In this document: positions 13,808 through 27,077 of the stretch, in pieces
How the letters are laid out: each line of letters begins with the position of its first letter
How positions within the stretch are numbered: the stretch's first letter is position 1
Assembly: GCF_006345805.1 (NCBI RefSeq)
Contig: NW_021832989.1
Location: 1-59,234 of the forward strand
Direction: 5' to 3'
Source of the DNA: Octopus sinensis
Taxonomy: Eukaryota
Length of the DNA: 59,234 bases
The notes under the pieces: generated by a model
Database searches by the model: none
What the model was told of the DNA's origin: nothing
Seen by the model: only the letters and a program-made list of their open reading frames with translations
Translations under genes and position numbers: made by a program

Positions 13808-14343
13808 TTAGCGTCTGTGGTACAGTTATTCAATCAAGAACTTAGTCATATGCTAACAGCCGCTGGAAATTTCGGAATTAGAATTCGGCAGTGTTAGAGT
13901 TCTTAGATCTGAAAAAGGATCTGTGTTCTTTCAGCTACGCTTAGATTACATCTTTTGATCCGTTGATATATGATGTGGATTTTTCGACTAATTTCAACTT
14001 TATCGTAAGTGCTGTCTGTGGCTTTGGATTTCAAACCCTATACGTGGCTAGCCATCATGATGCAACTATCTTATGAACAAAGATATTTTTGTTGTAACCA
14101 ACCCATATTTTTCCAAGCATATTTTATCTTGTACCAGATTATCCACTGTATATTTTCTTTTATTTTCCCAGGCGGTAAAAACGATTCACGAAATTACTAA
14201 AAAAAGTGAACAAAATGAAATGAATAATAACTGGAATGAGAAAAGAAGGAGGGAAAGAAGAAATGAAACTGAGGTAAGTGACAGAAACAAAAGCTAACAA
14301 AAATGATAGTATAAATTATAAGGAGCTTCCAACTTAATACTGG
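13808..14343 (+). repeat. ~540-bp block, copy 1 (copy 2 at 19131-19668)
   Basis: Long identical runs between the copies, e.g. aacagccgctggaaatttcggaattagaattcggcagtgttagagttcttagatctgaaaaaggatctgtg. Confidence 0.95.
14172..14273 (+). other. Candidate symmetric (phase 0-0) exon, AVKTIHEITKKSEQNEMNNNWNEKRRRERRNETE
   Basis: Polypyrimidine tract ttttcttttattttcccag upstream, GAG|GTAAGT donor, 102 nt open frame. No product recognised. Confidence 0.3.
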
Positions 14344-14409
14344 CTTCAAGGATAGATTAATATATAACCACTCTAATATTAATTAGAATAATAATAATAG
14401 ACCTAAAAA

Positions 14410-14830
14410 TAGACCTAGGAAAATAATTTGGTTCGTCCTGCTCTTTTCCCTTAACGTAAAAACTAAGGTAAAAGATTCCTGTCTCTCTCAGACAAACATT
14501 TTCCACAAAATCATAGGTACAGAGAAACATTTAATAGGCCTTCTGTGAAATTATCATATAGCTGCTGCCCCACTACGAAGAATATTACACGAGACCAACC
14601 CCAAGAGCCCACTCCCAGTTGTAACTATCGAGAGCCAAGAACCCGATCAGTCGACCAGCGATGTATAATTAGATCCGTCATATATGAGGCAGAAGTTACA
14701 ACCACGCTAGATAATAACACAACCGATAAGAACTGTATCGGATTATGTGAAGGCGAATTAAAAAATCGCTATGCTAATCGCATTTCTTCCTTCTGATACA
14801 GGGACAAAATAACGATACTAAGTTGGCTAG
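14410..14830 (+). mobile_element. Penelope-like element fragment (RT-to-GIY-YIG linker and endonuclease)
   Basis: Conceptual peptides RKIIWF, KHFPQNH, VKLSYSC and VIYEAEV...CIGLCEGELKNRYANRISSF fit PLE linker and GIY-YIG motifs; frameshifted. Confidence 0.8.
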
Positions 14831-14904
14831 CCACTTAATAATTCTCAGTTGTCGCTACTAATTTGCATTTGTATGATTCATTTAAAGTAGTACACATATA
14901 TTAA

Positions 14905-15122
14905 ATATTAGTTTCAAATTTTGGGACAAAACTAGCAATTTCGGAAGAGGAGTAAATCTAATGTATCGTCCCCGGGTGTCAAGTGGTACTTATTTTATCG
15001 ATCCAGAAAGGGAAGTAAGTAAAGTCGACATCGGTGGAATTTGAAATCAGAACGCGCTGATAAACGAAATGCCGCTAAGCATATTTTGTCCAGCGTGCTA
15101 ACAATTCCACCAGCTCGCTCCC
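14905..15122 (-). mobile_element. SINE family A, degenerate
   Basis: ggtacttattttatcgatccagaaaggg...aaagtcgacatcggtggaatttgaa...ccgctaagcat matches 38123-38352. Confidence 0.75.
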
Positions 15123-15504
15123 TTACATATCTTCAATATTGATATTGAGTATTATCATTAAATATCATTAAATATCATTATCTTCAACTTGCTTCTTTTT
15201 AAACTTAATGACATAACTTACGAAATGCAATGCATACATCTGAAACATTTTATAACAATAAATTTTTTTTTCTCATTTTATGATTTCATGACTTTTAAAA
15301 TTAACTAAACTTTTCTCTATTGGGTCCTTTTTTAAAAAAAAATATGGAAAAATAAGAAAGTAAGTGTCATGACTGTAGAGAGAACTTTCATTTATAACTG
15401 CAAGTATGAATTTAACACAGCTGTTAAGAGTTAGCAGCAGAACTCAATAATACAAAAGTATTTCGTCAACTCTGACACTTGTATTAAGTTACTTTTTGTA
15501 GGCA

Positions 15505-15505
<1 letters not shown>

Positions 15506-15596
<91 letters not shown>

Positions 15597-15772
15597 ATCT
15601 ATCTGTCTGTCTGTCTGCCTGTCTGCCTGTTTGTCTCTTTGTATGTTTGTCTGACTGTCTGTCTGTTTGTCTGTCTGTTTGTTTGTCTGACTGTCTGTCT
15701 GACTATCTATCTCTATAAACATGTATATACATATACATATCCACACATACACACATATATATATACAAACAT

Positions 15773-15845
<73 letters not shown>

Positions 15846-15876
15846 CATATATATGTACACACACACACACACACAC

Positions 15877-15930
<54 letters not shown>
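15506..15930 (+). repeat. Compound (TCTA)n/(TCTG)n/(TA)n/(CA)n microsatellites
   Basis: Direct reading. Confidence 0.95.
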
Positions 15931-16739
15931 GGCGCACACAAACATATATTTATATATATGTATGATTCTTCGATGGAACAAAAGAAACTTTAATAAAAGC
16001 CTTATACCAAGTTTTGTTATTGTAGTGTATATTGTAGTGATAAATCAATATATTGATTCGTCTCGAGATTCTCCTCTCGTATAAAACAGGAGAGTCACGT
16101 GCCTTTTCTTAAATATATATATGTATATACAGGTTTTAGCAGGAAAATATAAGTGTAAGTAACATGAAGTTATCCCTTTCTTGAATTGTTTTGAATGGAA
16201 TAGTGAAGTGAAGTCGGAGACCAGAAACCGTGTCTGCAAATTTTATCTTTAAACGCTATGTCCATACCAAATAATATTTTAGAGTAAGAGATCGGCTTAG
16301 TGAGGTATAAGATTGTATTGGAAGAATATACGTAAGAATAATAAATCGTTAAATTATTTATCTATTATGAACAGTGATGTTTTCCAATATATTATCTTGA
16401 TTTTGTTCCACAAACGTTGGGGGTTTCCATTTTTTTTTTGCCTATTCACAAATGATCAGTCATGCCTGATTCTTGTTTACGGCTTGACTATGTTTCTATA
16501 GCTTTACTTTCAGTGTGCTGGTAGCCTCACTTTTATTTCTCCTCCAACAACGTTATAGGATGGAATGTAATACAGTCACAAGAAATCACAACGAAGATGT
16601 AGTTGTGATTACTTGTGATGAAATCGTTTTCAGTTGAAAGATGGATCTACATTTGAATACCATCCTGGTCTGCACTCCATAAAAAGGCGTGCAGATCAGA
16701 CTTTACGAAGTTTTTCCTGTTATGCCTTTAATATGAGAT

Positions 16740-17260
16740 AGACAGTCAATAAATGATACTTTGATCAACATTCTCGACTCTTTATTTCTACTTTTGAAAT
16801 CTGACGTTATGTCTCCCGGATAGCTGTTGCTGTGGATGGCCTTTCTCTATAACAATTATCGTCTCTTGTAGGTAAATGTACGCATTTCCATTTAGGGTTT
16901 TGTTCAACATTATAAATTGCGAGTGATCTCATTCTCTATGCAGCATGAATGGTTGAAATCAGGCTTCAGGTATTGTTCGGTAACAATACTTCAGATATTG
17001 TTCAGGATTCCCCAAAAGCATGAGAGCCTCTTTTTCGAGCTTAAACTCCACCAGAAGAAATCATTATGAAAAACTCTGTACACTTCAAACCATAAAGTCG
17101 CAGCAATGAATAGGAAACTAAGACATTCTCCACTAGAAAAAGGCGTAAAGCGGTGATGGAGAGGGATATGCAAAAATAAAGCATATAAACAAGTCTTCAT
17201 TAGTTGCAAAGTCAAGATATGTAGGGAGCAACATTGAAACAATATAAAGCCTAAATTCAT
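16740..17260 (+). mobile_element. Possible highly decayed piggyBac-like transposase remnant
   Basis: Weak, frameshifted resemblance: WPF...YN..I...VNVRI near 16846-16890 and CKVKICRE(H) near 17205-17230, similar to piggyBac C-terminal motifs. Not verified. Confidence 0.25.
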
Positions 17261-18685
17261 GAAAAAGTTAGTTTTAAACCTCTTAGTTTCCATCACTTAA
17301 TTGTCAAACGAATTGGTCGTATATTGATTGTAAAGCATTTAAGTGCTAAGTGCTGCATTTTAACAAGTGGATGTGAGTTAAGTCCGTAGATCAATAAGTT
17401 ATATATCCGTGGTTAAAGTGAAAGAAATTGCATCACAAATTCTAGAATAACTAAAATAACTAGAATAAAAATGAGAATATGACGGTTTTGAACTTGAGAA
17501 CAAGCTTTCCTCGAAGATTGAAATAAAGGCACGGTATGAAATTCCGTGACCGCTACCGAACACACTTTGGAAAGGATTAGAAGGCATAAATCACGAAACA
17601 CTGAAAACTACGGTGAAGAAACTATTCCAAACATATCAGTGTATAATGAAATATTATAAGTTTCAGGATAAGTTGTAATTACTATATGTGGTACATAAAT
17701 ACAAAGACATAAATAATATGAGTTATCAGATTTGAATTTAATTTGAATTTAAATCATTAGCTCCGTTTATAGGAAATTAGAGCACCGGGTATCGACAAAC
17801 ACTAAAAGTATTAAGTCTTAAACCCTCGGTCGATGACTTCAATCGTTAAAATTAAAAATAAGAACTAAAACACAGAAAACTATTGTGCAGCGAAATCACG
17901 GTTGAAAACTGAATCACAGCTCTCAGATTTTTCCAGTCTAGGACCGAAAACTGTCACCATGGAAGATATTAAAGCCTGTGTGAGTATGCCTCGACCTATC
18001 AGCACTCTCTTTCAATAGTTGATGTGGCAAACTTCATTGAAAGGCCAAATATTTTTTGGCTGAAGATTCCAGAAGGTGGCTTATAAAAGCTGGTAAGTTC
18101 AACCTAGGCCATCTAGAATAGTCATGTTGTTTGTCTCAGCGAGTTGGTGGTGGTGGGAGGTCTGCCCTCCTCTTTCACTTTTCTTATAAGACTTGCTTAT
18201 GCCTTTTTCCAAAGAAGGTAGAACTCATAACTAGTAACGCACTAATTTAAATCTTGTATTGTCTGGCAAGTTATATAGAAAGGTTTTCTAATAGTCATGT
18301 TTGTTGAACGTTGTTCCATGGACTTATTGGGTGCACATTCGTAAATATAACGATGTAGGTTGATAAAATATTTGAAAAATCACGTATACATTAGTGTGGT
18401 TATTTTCTACACATGTAACCGATCTCAAATTTTGAACAGCATAAGAATATTTTACTAACACCCACATTAAAATTGCTTATGATGTATTAATCAAACTTAC
18501 GTATAACTAAGTTATGAATAATACGTTTTTGAGGACGATGTGATAGTATAGATTTTTCTGAAGTTTGAAATTAGACTTTTAAAAATCCCTGACGCTCCGT
18601 TTGAGAACAGTATGCAAATGTTTGCGTGTATATGTGTGTGTGTGTGTGGTGTGTGTGTGTGTGTTGTGTGTGTGTGTGTGTGTGT

Positions 18686-18726
<41 letters not shown>

Positions 18727-19024
18727 AGGAGAGAGAGAGAAGGTGAGAGAGAGAAGGAGAGAGAGAGAGAAGGAGAGAGAGAAGGAGAAGAGAGAGAGAG
18801 AGAAGAGAGAGAGAGTGTGTGTGCATCAAAATTCTTAACAGATAACAGTGCATGGAGAGTAAATTAGAAATCCTTCATGAGGCTTAAAGGACAATTTGAA
18901 CAAAGCATAACTTATCGCTATGCGTTTTGTTTCCAATGTATGCTCTTAACATTTGTGCGAGCGTCGCGGCATCTCGTGTTTTCTATATTTCAAAGTAGTC
19001 AAGGAAGTGATAATTGTATTAGGG

Positions 19025-19668
19025 CATCATGATGCAACTCGCTTATGAACAAAGATGTTTTTGTTGTAACCAACCCATATTTTTCCAAGAAATATTGTAT
19101 CTTGTACCAAATTATCCACAGTATATTTTCTTAGTGTCTGTGGTACAGTTATTCAATCAAGAACTTAGTCATATGGTAACAGCCGCTGGAAATTTCGGAA
19201 TTAGAATTCGGCAGTGTTAGAGTTCTTAGATCTGAAAAAGGATCTGTGTTCTTTCAGCTACGCTTAGATTACATCTTTTGATCCGTTGATATATGATGTG
19301 GATTTTTCGACTATTTTCAACTTTATCGTAAGTGCTGTGGCTTTCGATTTCAAACCCTATACGTGGCTAGCCATCATGATGCAACTATCTTATGAACAAA
19401 GATATTTTTGTTGTAACCAACCCATATTTTTCCAAGAAATATTGTATCTTGTACCAAATTATCCACAGTATATTTTCTTTTATATTTTCCAAGGCGGTAA
19501 AAACGATTCACGAAATTACTAAAAAAAAAAATGAACAAAATGAAGTGAATAATAACTGGAATGAAAAAAAAAGGAAGAAAAGAAGAAACGAAAGTGAGGT
19601 AAGTGACAGAAACAAAGGCTAAGAAAAATGATAGCATAAATTATAAGGAGCTTCCAACCTAATACTGG
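19025..19668 (+). repeat. ~540-bp block, copy 2 (19131-19668), preceded by an extra ~108-bp internal piece (19025-19132, similar to 19373-19480)
   Basis: Direct alignment by eye to 13808-14343. Confidence 0.95.
19494..19598 (+). other. Candidate exon paralog, AVKTIHEITKKKNEQNEVNNNWNEKKRKKRRNESE
   Basis: Acceptor tattttccaag, GAG|GTAAGT donor, 105 nt (3 nt longer than copy 1, in frame). Confidence 0.28.
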
Positions 19669-21162
19669 GAGTAGACGCAAAAAATGAAATCGTCCTAATA
19701 AAAATACAAGCATAAATACAGTCATACACACATATGTGTATATACTTGTACACATACACACATATACATACATTAGTACACACACATATACATGTCTGTC
19801 TTTCTTCTCTCTCCAATACACGCGCGCACAAACACACACACACGTACATACATGTATATCAGGAGAGAGTGATAGAACGGAAAAGAGAGACAGACAGAAT
19901 AAGACGTATGTATATCAAGATATGAGTGCTTCCATGCTTGCTGTATATATATAATTTTACTCGTGTTATCGTAAGTATTAATGTGAATATAGTGACATGG
20001 TTTTAGAAGCTTTTGAAACGTGTAACTATTTAAAAAAATTATATACTATCACATTCTTTGATCTAGTTTTACCCTTGAGCTTCTACGTTTTGAATTTTGC
20101 TTTTAATATTTTATGATCTTGTTCATTTGAATATTAATTGCTGTTGTTTTTGTTATTTTAGCTACATTTTCAAAATGCAACTGTTTTTAAGTTGTTATTT
20201 TCATGTCATCAACATATTTTATTGTTGTTACTGTTGTTGTTATTACAATTATTATTATTATCATCATCAATATTATTATTATCATCGACAATTACATATC
20301 TGTTGTTGATTTTTTTATGCTATTGTTATTTATCTTCCAGTTATTAAGAGATTTTTTTGTTGTTGTTGTTATAATCAGAATTCTATTGTAAAAGGATTTC
20401 GATACATTCGTGACGCGTAAAAAAAAAAAAAAATTGAAAAATAACTGCTTTCTTTATTTTTCAAATTTTTTGATCTATTGCATTTATTACCACCACCACC
20501 ATCACCATCACCACCACCACAATCACAATAACTACCGTTAATGAATTCCTAATTTATCATCTTTGTTGTATATAAGTATATATATACATGTGTGTGTGTG
20601 TATTATAAGCACATATATACATATATTTAAATTGTCGAGAGGTTTAGCGGTCTACACGCACACACAATGACAGGCAGGTAGATACATATACACGCACACA
20701 TGCACACAGACACACTCACACAAACACACGCACACACAAATACACTTACACAAACACACCCACACACGCACATCCATTTTGGGACAAATTGGTTATATGG
20801 TTGCTGCGTTGTTTTGAGAAAAATTCTTTGAAAGAGTCAATGCCACATCTTACATTGACCAGTTTGGGAGAGAAACGTTGTTACGTCACGTAATAAAACT
20901 TATTGAGCTTGGATTCGAAGGAAGGCAATGTTGCATTTCCAAAGCTATCAAAAGTAACAGTTTATAAAATATATATCTATTATAATACTATACATCATAT
21001 ATAATAAAATTTGTGATAATTATATACATATATAAATATTTGTATAATATACATTATATTATATATTATGTTTTAAATTTCTTCCCAGTATCACTCACAC
21101 ACAAACATACATATAGATATATATATATATGTACGTGCATATTTATGCGTGTGAGTATATAC

Positions 21163-21224
<62 letters not shown>

Positions 21225-21719
21225 GTATATGTATATATAAACAGATAATATATAGCCATAGATATATATAGAAACAATATTCATGCAATATTGGCGACCA
21301 TTTTGTTTTTGTTAATTTTTAGATTACCAAAGAAAAAAATCTTACTTTCATGGGTTGAAATATGATAAATTGATTAGATATTTTAAACTTCATAACTCTT
21401 GAATTTAAAAATGTTTCGAAGTATTATTTCCCTTATTTGCTTCCATTATTTAAAAAAAAAAAACTAGGCCATAAATAAGTATTGTCCTTTTTTTATTATT
21501 GATTTCTTTTGTTTTTTTTGTGTACGTGTATGAATCACTTCTCTTGCATTGGATACTTTGTATTTACACGTTTTTAAGTAGCGACTTTATACTCACATCC
21601 CATACATATATAGATATGTGTGTGTGTGTTTGAATGCAACATCCTCTCACATCTTCCTTATATATAAAGAGAGAGAAAGAGGAGAATAATCGAGTGATAG
21701 ATAAATATATATATATATA

Positions 21720-21934
21720 TAGTTAATCCAAACATGAAAACACAAAGAGAAAACACAACAACGCGAGGACGTGGAACAAGCATAGTATTATTGGACGCTC
21801 AGGAAAGAAGGAAAGGAGGAGGGTTTAACGTTTCGAGCGGAGCTCTTCGTCAGAAACATAGGAAAAGGAAAGATCCAAAGAAAGGAAGGCGGAGGAAAAA
21901 AAATCGCCAACGGTACACACGCGGTCATATTTTG
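21720..21934 (-). mobile_element. Short TA-flanked repeat, likely a non-autonomous PLE terminal (pLTR) remnant
   Basis: Contains a hammerhead motif ending cgaaacgtt, of the kind found at PLE termini; non-coding and embedded in (TA)n. Confidence 0.55.
21823..21857 (-). ncRNA. Minimal type I hammerhead ribozyme motif
   Basis: Minus strand reads GUUU-CUGACGA-A-GAGC(UCC)GCUC-GAA-ACGU-U-AAAC: 4-bp helix I, complete core, 4-bp helix II, palindromic ACGU helix III, U at position 17. Confidence 0.6.
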
Positions 21935-21952
21935 AATATATATATATATGTT

Positions 21953-22002
<50 letters not shown>

Positions 22003-23629
22003 TGATTAAGTAGATATAAGTAAAGACGGAGTGACAATGTTTTTGAAAATATGGATGCTGCGAATAACTTATGCGGGAGTAGTGATAATATATATAAAAC
22101 AAAATATCGTCAATCATAAATGTCTTACATTATATGTCACCAATGTTTTAGTGTCCTAAAGCATCTGTTGTAAATATGTGTTAATTGATAAGTGTGTAAA
22201 AAGGAAAGAAATTAGGTATTTTAGCCTGCTATTAAGAGAAAAAAAATGCGTTTTATGCACAGCCCTTAATTGGAAAAATCTCTGTAGCATTGTGCAAAAC
22301 ATTAGAGCTTTTCCCCACAGCATACTAATGATCGTTACTTTTTAACTGTTACTGTATTGAATCACGCCGAAACAGATCCATTAGTCAGTTCATGTAATAA
22401 TCATCATCTTATTTTGTTAATTGGATATTTAAATTTGAAACATTTTCTATGCTAAAATAATATGCAATTCTTCCCCTCACACATTTATATGTAAATACAT
22501 GTATACGCCTGTGTACGTATACATGTTATGTATGTACGTATTGTTCTCTCTCACACACACGCGTGCGTGCACACACACTTACTCACTCACACATACACGT
22601 ACACGCACTCACTCACACACACACACATACAAAAGTTTTTCTTTCTAGTCAAGCTTAAAGCATTTTCTTTTACTTTCGTGAGATTTGTTCTTTAAACTCA
22701 ATTTTGAACTTTCTCTTACAGGTGCTCGTCATGTCCATGATGAAGCATATGTTTAGTTTCCGCAATCTGCTTGCATTTATACAAATACATACAGTGCCAA
22801 TACCTTGTAAAAGATCAGGAATAATCTCTTCTCTCCGGGCTATTATATTTAAAGATACTCCTCTATGGCTGCTGAAATAAGAAAATATGGAATACTTATG
22901 CTATTGTGAAATTAGCTTGGTGCAAGAGTTTAAGCAAAATACTTGAACTCAGAAATTCTTCAAACATTTTTCATGCGTATGGAAAGGGTTAGAGCTAAAT
23001 TCAGTCATGGCAACGTATTCAGTATGAAAATTTTTTCTTGTCTGCTAATTCAGTATGAATATTTTTTCTTGTCTGCATGTATGAAGGTTGTAAATTTATA
23101 ATTATTAGGTTAATTAAGATTAATGAGATAAGTGTCAGAAGCAGAATGAGATTTACAAACATTGGTTTGTACATAATCAAACATAATCAATAGGTGTCAT
23201 AGTATAACGGTAGGCTTTCTGAGTTCTGAGACCGTGACATTTCTTCAATTCTCAGTTTGAACGAATTCAGTTTATTTACACAACTAAAGCTCATGTAACT
23301 GACGGACTTCAGAAGACTTCGCTATCAAAAGTGCAAATACGATAACCAAAAACTAACTGAACTAAAATAAAACAAACACTATTAATAAAGAATTACATCA
23401 ATACAATGGATTGTTGTCTGTAACTATTTCATTTCATTTATGTCACTAATGTTCGTGTAAAATTAAAGAATAATAATTAATCGCACTTCTTCTTTGTGGC
23501 CATACATAAATGAGAATTTATGATGTTTATACCTTACTCAATGACATGATCAGACTGAAATAAACTAAATTGTACACTCACTACAACCCGTAAATACCTA
23601 CTCTTATTTGTATACATGCATTGCCGCCA

Positions 23630-24520
23630 TCATCACCACTATTATCTCCGATTTCCAGTGTCACCATCCACTGCTGTCTGAGCCGTCTCCGCCACCACCA
23701 TCACCATCACCACCAGCACTACCAGCACCATCATCATCATCATAGTCATTTCGACGAAGAACAGTAAAAACATTACAGCAATAGCATTAACTCCAGCAAT
23801 CTGATATTTAACAACTATAAACCCTGTCATGCTCACTACAACCACCTCCTTAATATGATTACTACTTCAACTACAATCACTACCACGAGATACTCAACCA
23901 AATCCACTATTACAATACTAAGAATGGTATAATATTAAGGTACTAAGAGTAAACAGGATTTCTAAGAATGAAAGCAGCAGCCTTCAACGACTAACCACTA
24001 CCACCATTACAAAAATAATCAACAGCCACAATAAGCAAAAATAAATACCACAAATAACTTTAATTTCTTTACACCGCCATCCCCAATACCCACAGGAACA
24101 TCAGCAAAACAATAAACATCACAACAAACAACATCTTTACTTCCCACCACCATTACTACAGCCTCAACACACATCATCTCTTTCAACTTCAAAACAAACA
24201 ACTACATAATCATTAAAAGCAAATATCATTAAAGAACATCCTTAATTCTCAAATCTGCACCAGAACCAATCACCACCAGCACAAGCATCAGAACTAAAAT
24301 CACCATCTCTCTCACCAACATCACGATCACCACCATCATAACAGCAACAACAACAACAACCAAAATCACCACTACCATCACTGACATCGAAAAACATAAG
24401 CACAGAACCTTAATTCCATTCTACGCTGCAATCATTAACTCACCACCACATCCACTATTACAAATCGCCAAAAAACCACAAGCAACGCCATCATTATCAT
24501 TAACACCACTACTGCTGCCT
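23630..24520 (+). repeat. Degenerate (CAC/CAT/CAA)-rich low-complexity tract
   Basis: Strong C/A strand skew with a decayed triplet period. Confidence 0.7.
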
Positions 24521-24942
24521 CCTAGTCAATCAACTTTGCATTTAAATTGATCTAAGTACATACTGAAGAACACAGTAAAGATCATGTTGGATGTTTCAGC
24601 CATTAGATTACTATGTTTGACTGTCTGTCTGCTTCTCTGAATGAATGACTCACTATCTGATTCTCTCACTATCTAAATATCAGTTTTAAAGTCACTTTTA
24701 TTCGTTAAGAACTAAAACCAAGTGTTGTCAGTAAAAATGGTAAACCTGTTTAACTTTTACTATACGTGATTTCGAAAACACACATACACATATACTCGTG
24801 CATACCCAAACAGCTATGCATGCTTGCACCTCTTTGTGTATGTATATAAGTATGCAAATATGCATACCTGTATAAAGCCTATGTACAACACACACACATG
24901 CATACACACACGCATGTTATTATTGTTGTTGTTGCTATTACA

Positions 24943-25552
24943 TAGACGGTGAGCCACTGTGGTCTCCGTTTGTAAGACACGCTTTTTTCTGTAGTTCATC
25001 GCTTTGACGGAGCTGCAATTCTGAATGAAGAAAAGACGAAGGTTAAGCGTTGTCAGACGCTCACTGCTTTCTACCAGTCCGGCAATAGGGTTGGAGTAAG
25101 TTCTTACTGGGTAAGGAGGATGATGTTTCATGCGTATGGAAACGCTAGACGTCGAAGAACACAGATAAATCGGAGGAATTCAGGCCCAGTACTGCAATGG
25201 ATAACTTCCAAAAGTTCCTAGCCCGGCAATACTAAATGAGAAGCACTGCCAGATCAAGACAAACTCTACAGGCACGGAAGCGCTCTTTAAGCGGGACTAT
25301 CCGAGATGCGTGCAGAGCGACGAAACTGTTCGTGCAGTGTCCGAATATTGCTGACCTGTGGAGTTACGTGGAACAGCTATTATTACGTGTGGGACGAATC
25401 CTACAATCAGCCGAATCCATCACCACCCACCTTCATCACGCCAGGGCAGGCAGGCAAGCGTTGTTCCTTTGGTCTAGTGGCTATGACGAAAGAAGTAGTG
25501 TGGTGAACGACCACGAAAGGATTCAAGAAATAGAGACTTTCCTCTTCGATCA
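24943..25552 (+). mobile_element. L1/Tx1-clade LINE 3' fragment (post-RT zinc-finger region)
   Basis: Peptides MDNFQK, PRCVQSDET, VQCPNIADLWSYVEQLL and LVAMTKEVVW; homologous to the reverse complement of ~46300-46870. Confidence 0.75.
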
Positions 25553-25603
25553 AGTTGTTGCCGTTGTTGTCGTCGTCGTCGTCGTCGTCATCGTCGTCGT
25601 TGT

Positions 25604-25644
<41 letters not shown>

Positions 25645-25935
25645 ACTCACATAGAGCTGAATGAAACTGTTCTAAATGATTGTATATGTTTACTCCTACT
25701 AAGTGTGCTGAGTGCCACTTCCTTTTTTGTCCACTGATGCGTTTATATATATATATATATATATACATATTGCTCCAAGTGGGGAGTCGGTAGATACTGA
25801 TGAAGGGTCATTTTTGTATTACTTGTTCATTTTTTTCTCTCGTTATTTGCATATTTAATTCATTTGTCTTCGTATTTCCTGTTCGTTAGTGTTGGTGACG
25901 TCCTGTACCCATATATGGATATATATATATATATA

Positions 25936-26117
25936 TTTCTTTACTGCCCACAAGGGGCTAAACATAGAGGGGACAAACAAGGACAGACAAAGGAATTAAG
26001 TCGATTACATTGACCCCAGTGCAAAACTCGGCGGAATTTGAACCCAGAACGTAACGACAGACGAAATACCGCTAAGCATTTCGCCCTGCGCGCTAACGTT
26101 TCTGCCAGCTCACCGCC
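25936..26117 (-). mobile_element. SINE family A with internal deletion
   Basis: Matches 38123-38352 at both ends; lacks the segment between cccagtgc and ctcggcgg. Confidence 0.85.
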
Positions 26118-26127
26118 TTACTATATG

Positions 26128-26203
<76 letters not shown>

Positions 26204-26241
26204 TATATACATTGCATATAAATATATATATATATATTGCA

Positions 26242-26325
<84 letters not shown>

Positions 26326-27012
26326 ATGTATGTATACATACACACAAACATATATATTATATGTACGTATATATATATACACACACATATATACACATGC
26401 ATATATATGTGTGTGTCTGTGTGTTTGCGTCTGGGTCTCTGTATATGTGTGTGTACATAAACTATTTTTGAAATGTTGGACATTGATGCAGATAGTCTAT
26501 AAATAACAGCGTGTAAATATTGATTTTAAAAATCCCTTTGCCGGGAACAATATATAAATGATATATATACATGCATACGTATGTATATATATATATGGAT
26601 GGATGGATGGATGGATGGATGGATGGATGGATGAATGGATGGATGGACGGATTGTTTTATGTTTTATCGAATCACAACGAAGCTGCTGTGTTATGTTGAT
26701 TCACACTAATTGATTAAAAAAATTTACACACGCATACATATGTCTGTCTGTATGTATGTAAATATATATTTGTATGTATAATTGCGCATATATACATATA
26801 TACTTCTACAAAAATACTCTAACTCGTGTCCATTTACAAATACATTTTTGAGTGTGTTTTTTTGTTAGTGTCTCTACTCATTTCAATACGTATATAATCG
26901 TTTGCACAAATGCACCGTACACGAAGGGTTATGAAGTATGTTAGAAAACAGACATAACACATACGACACACTAATAAATAAAGTACCATAGATATACAGG
27001 CCTTCCTTATAT

Positions 27013-27077
<65 letters not shown>

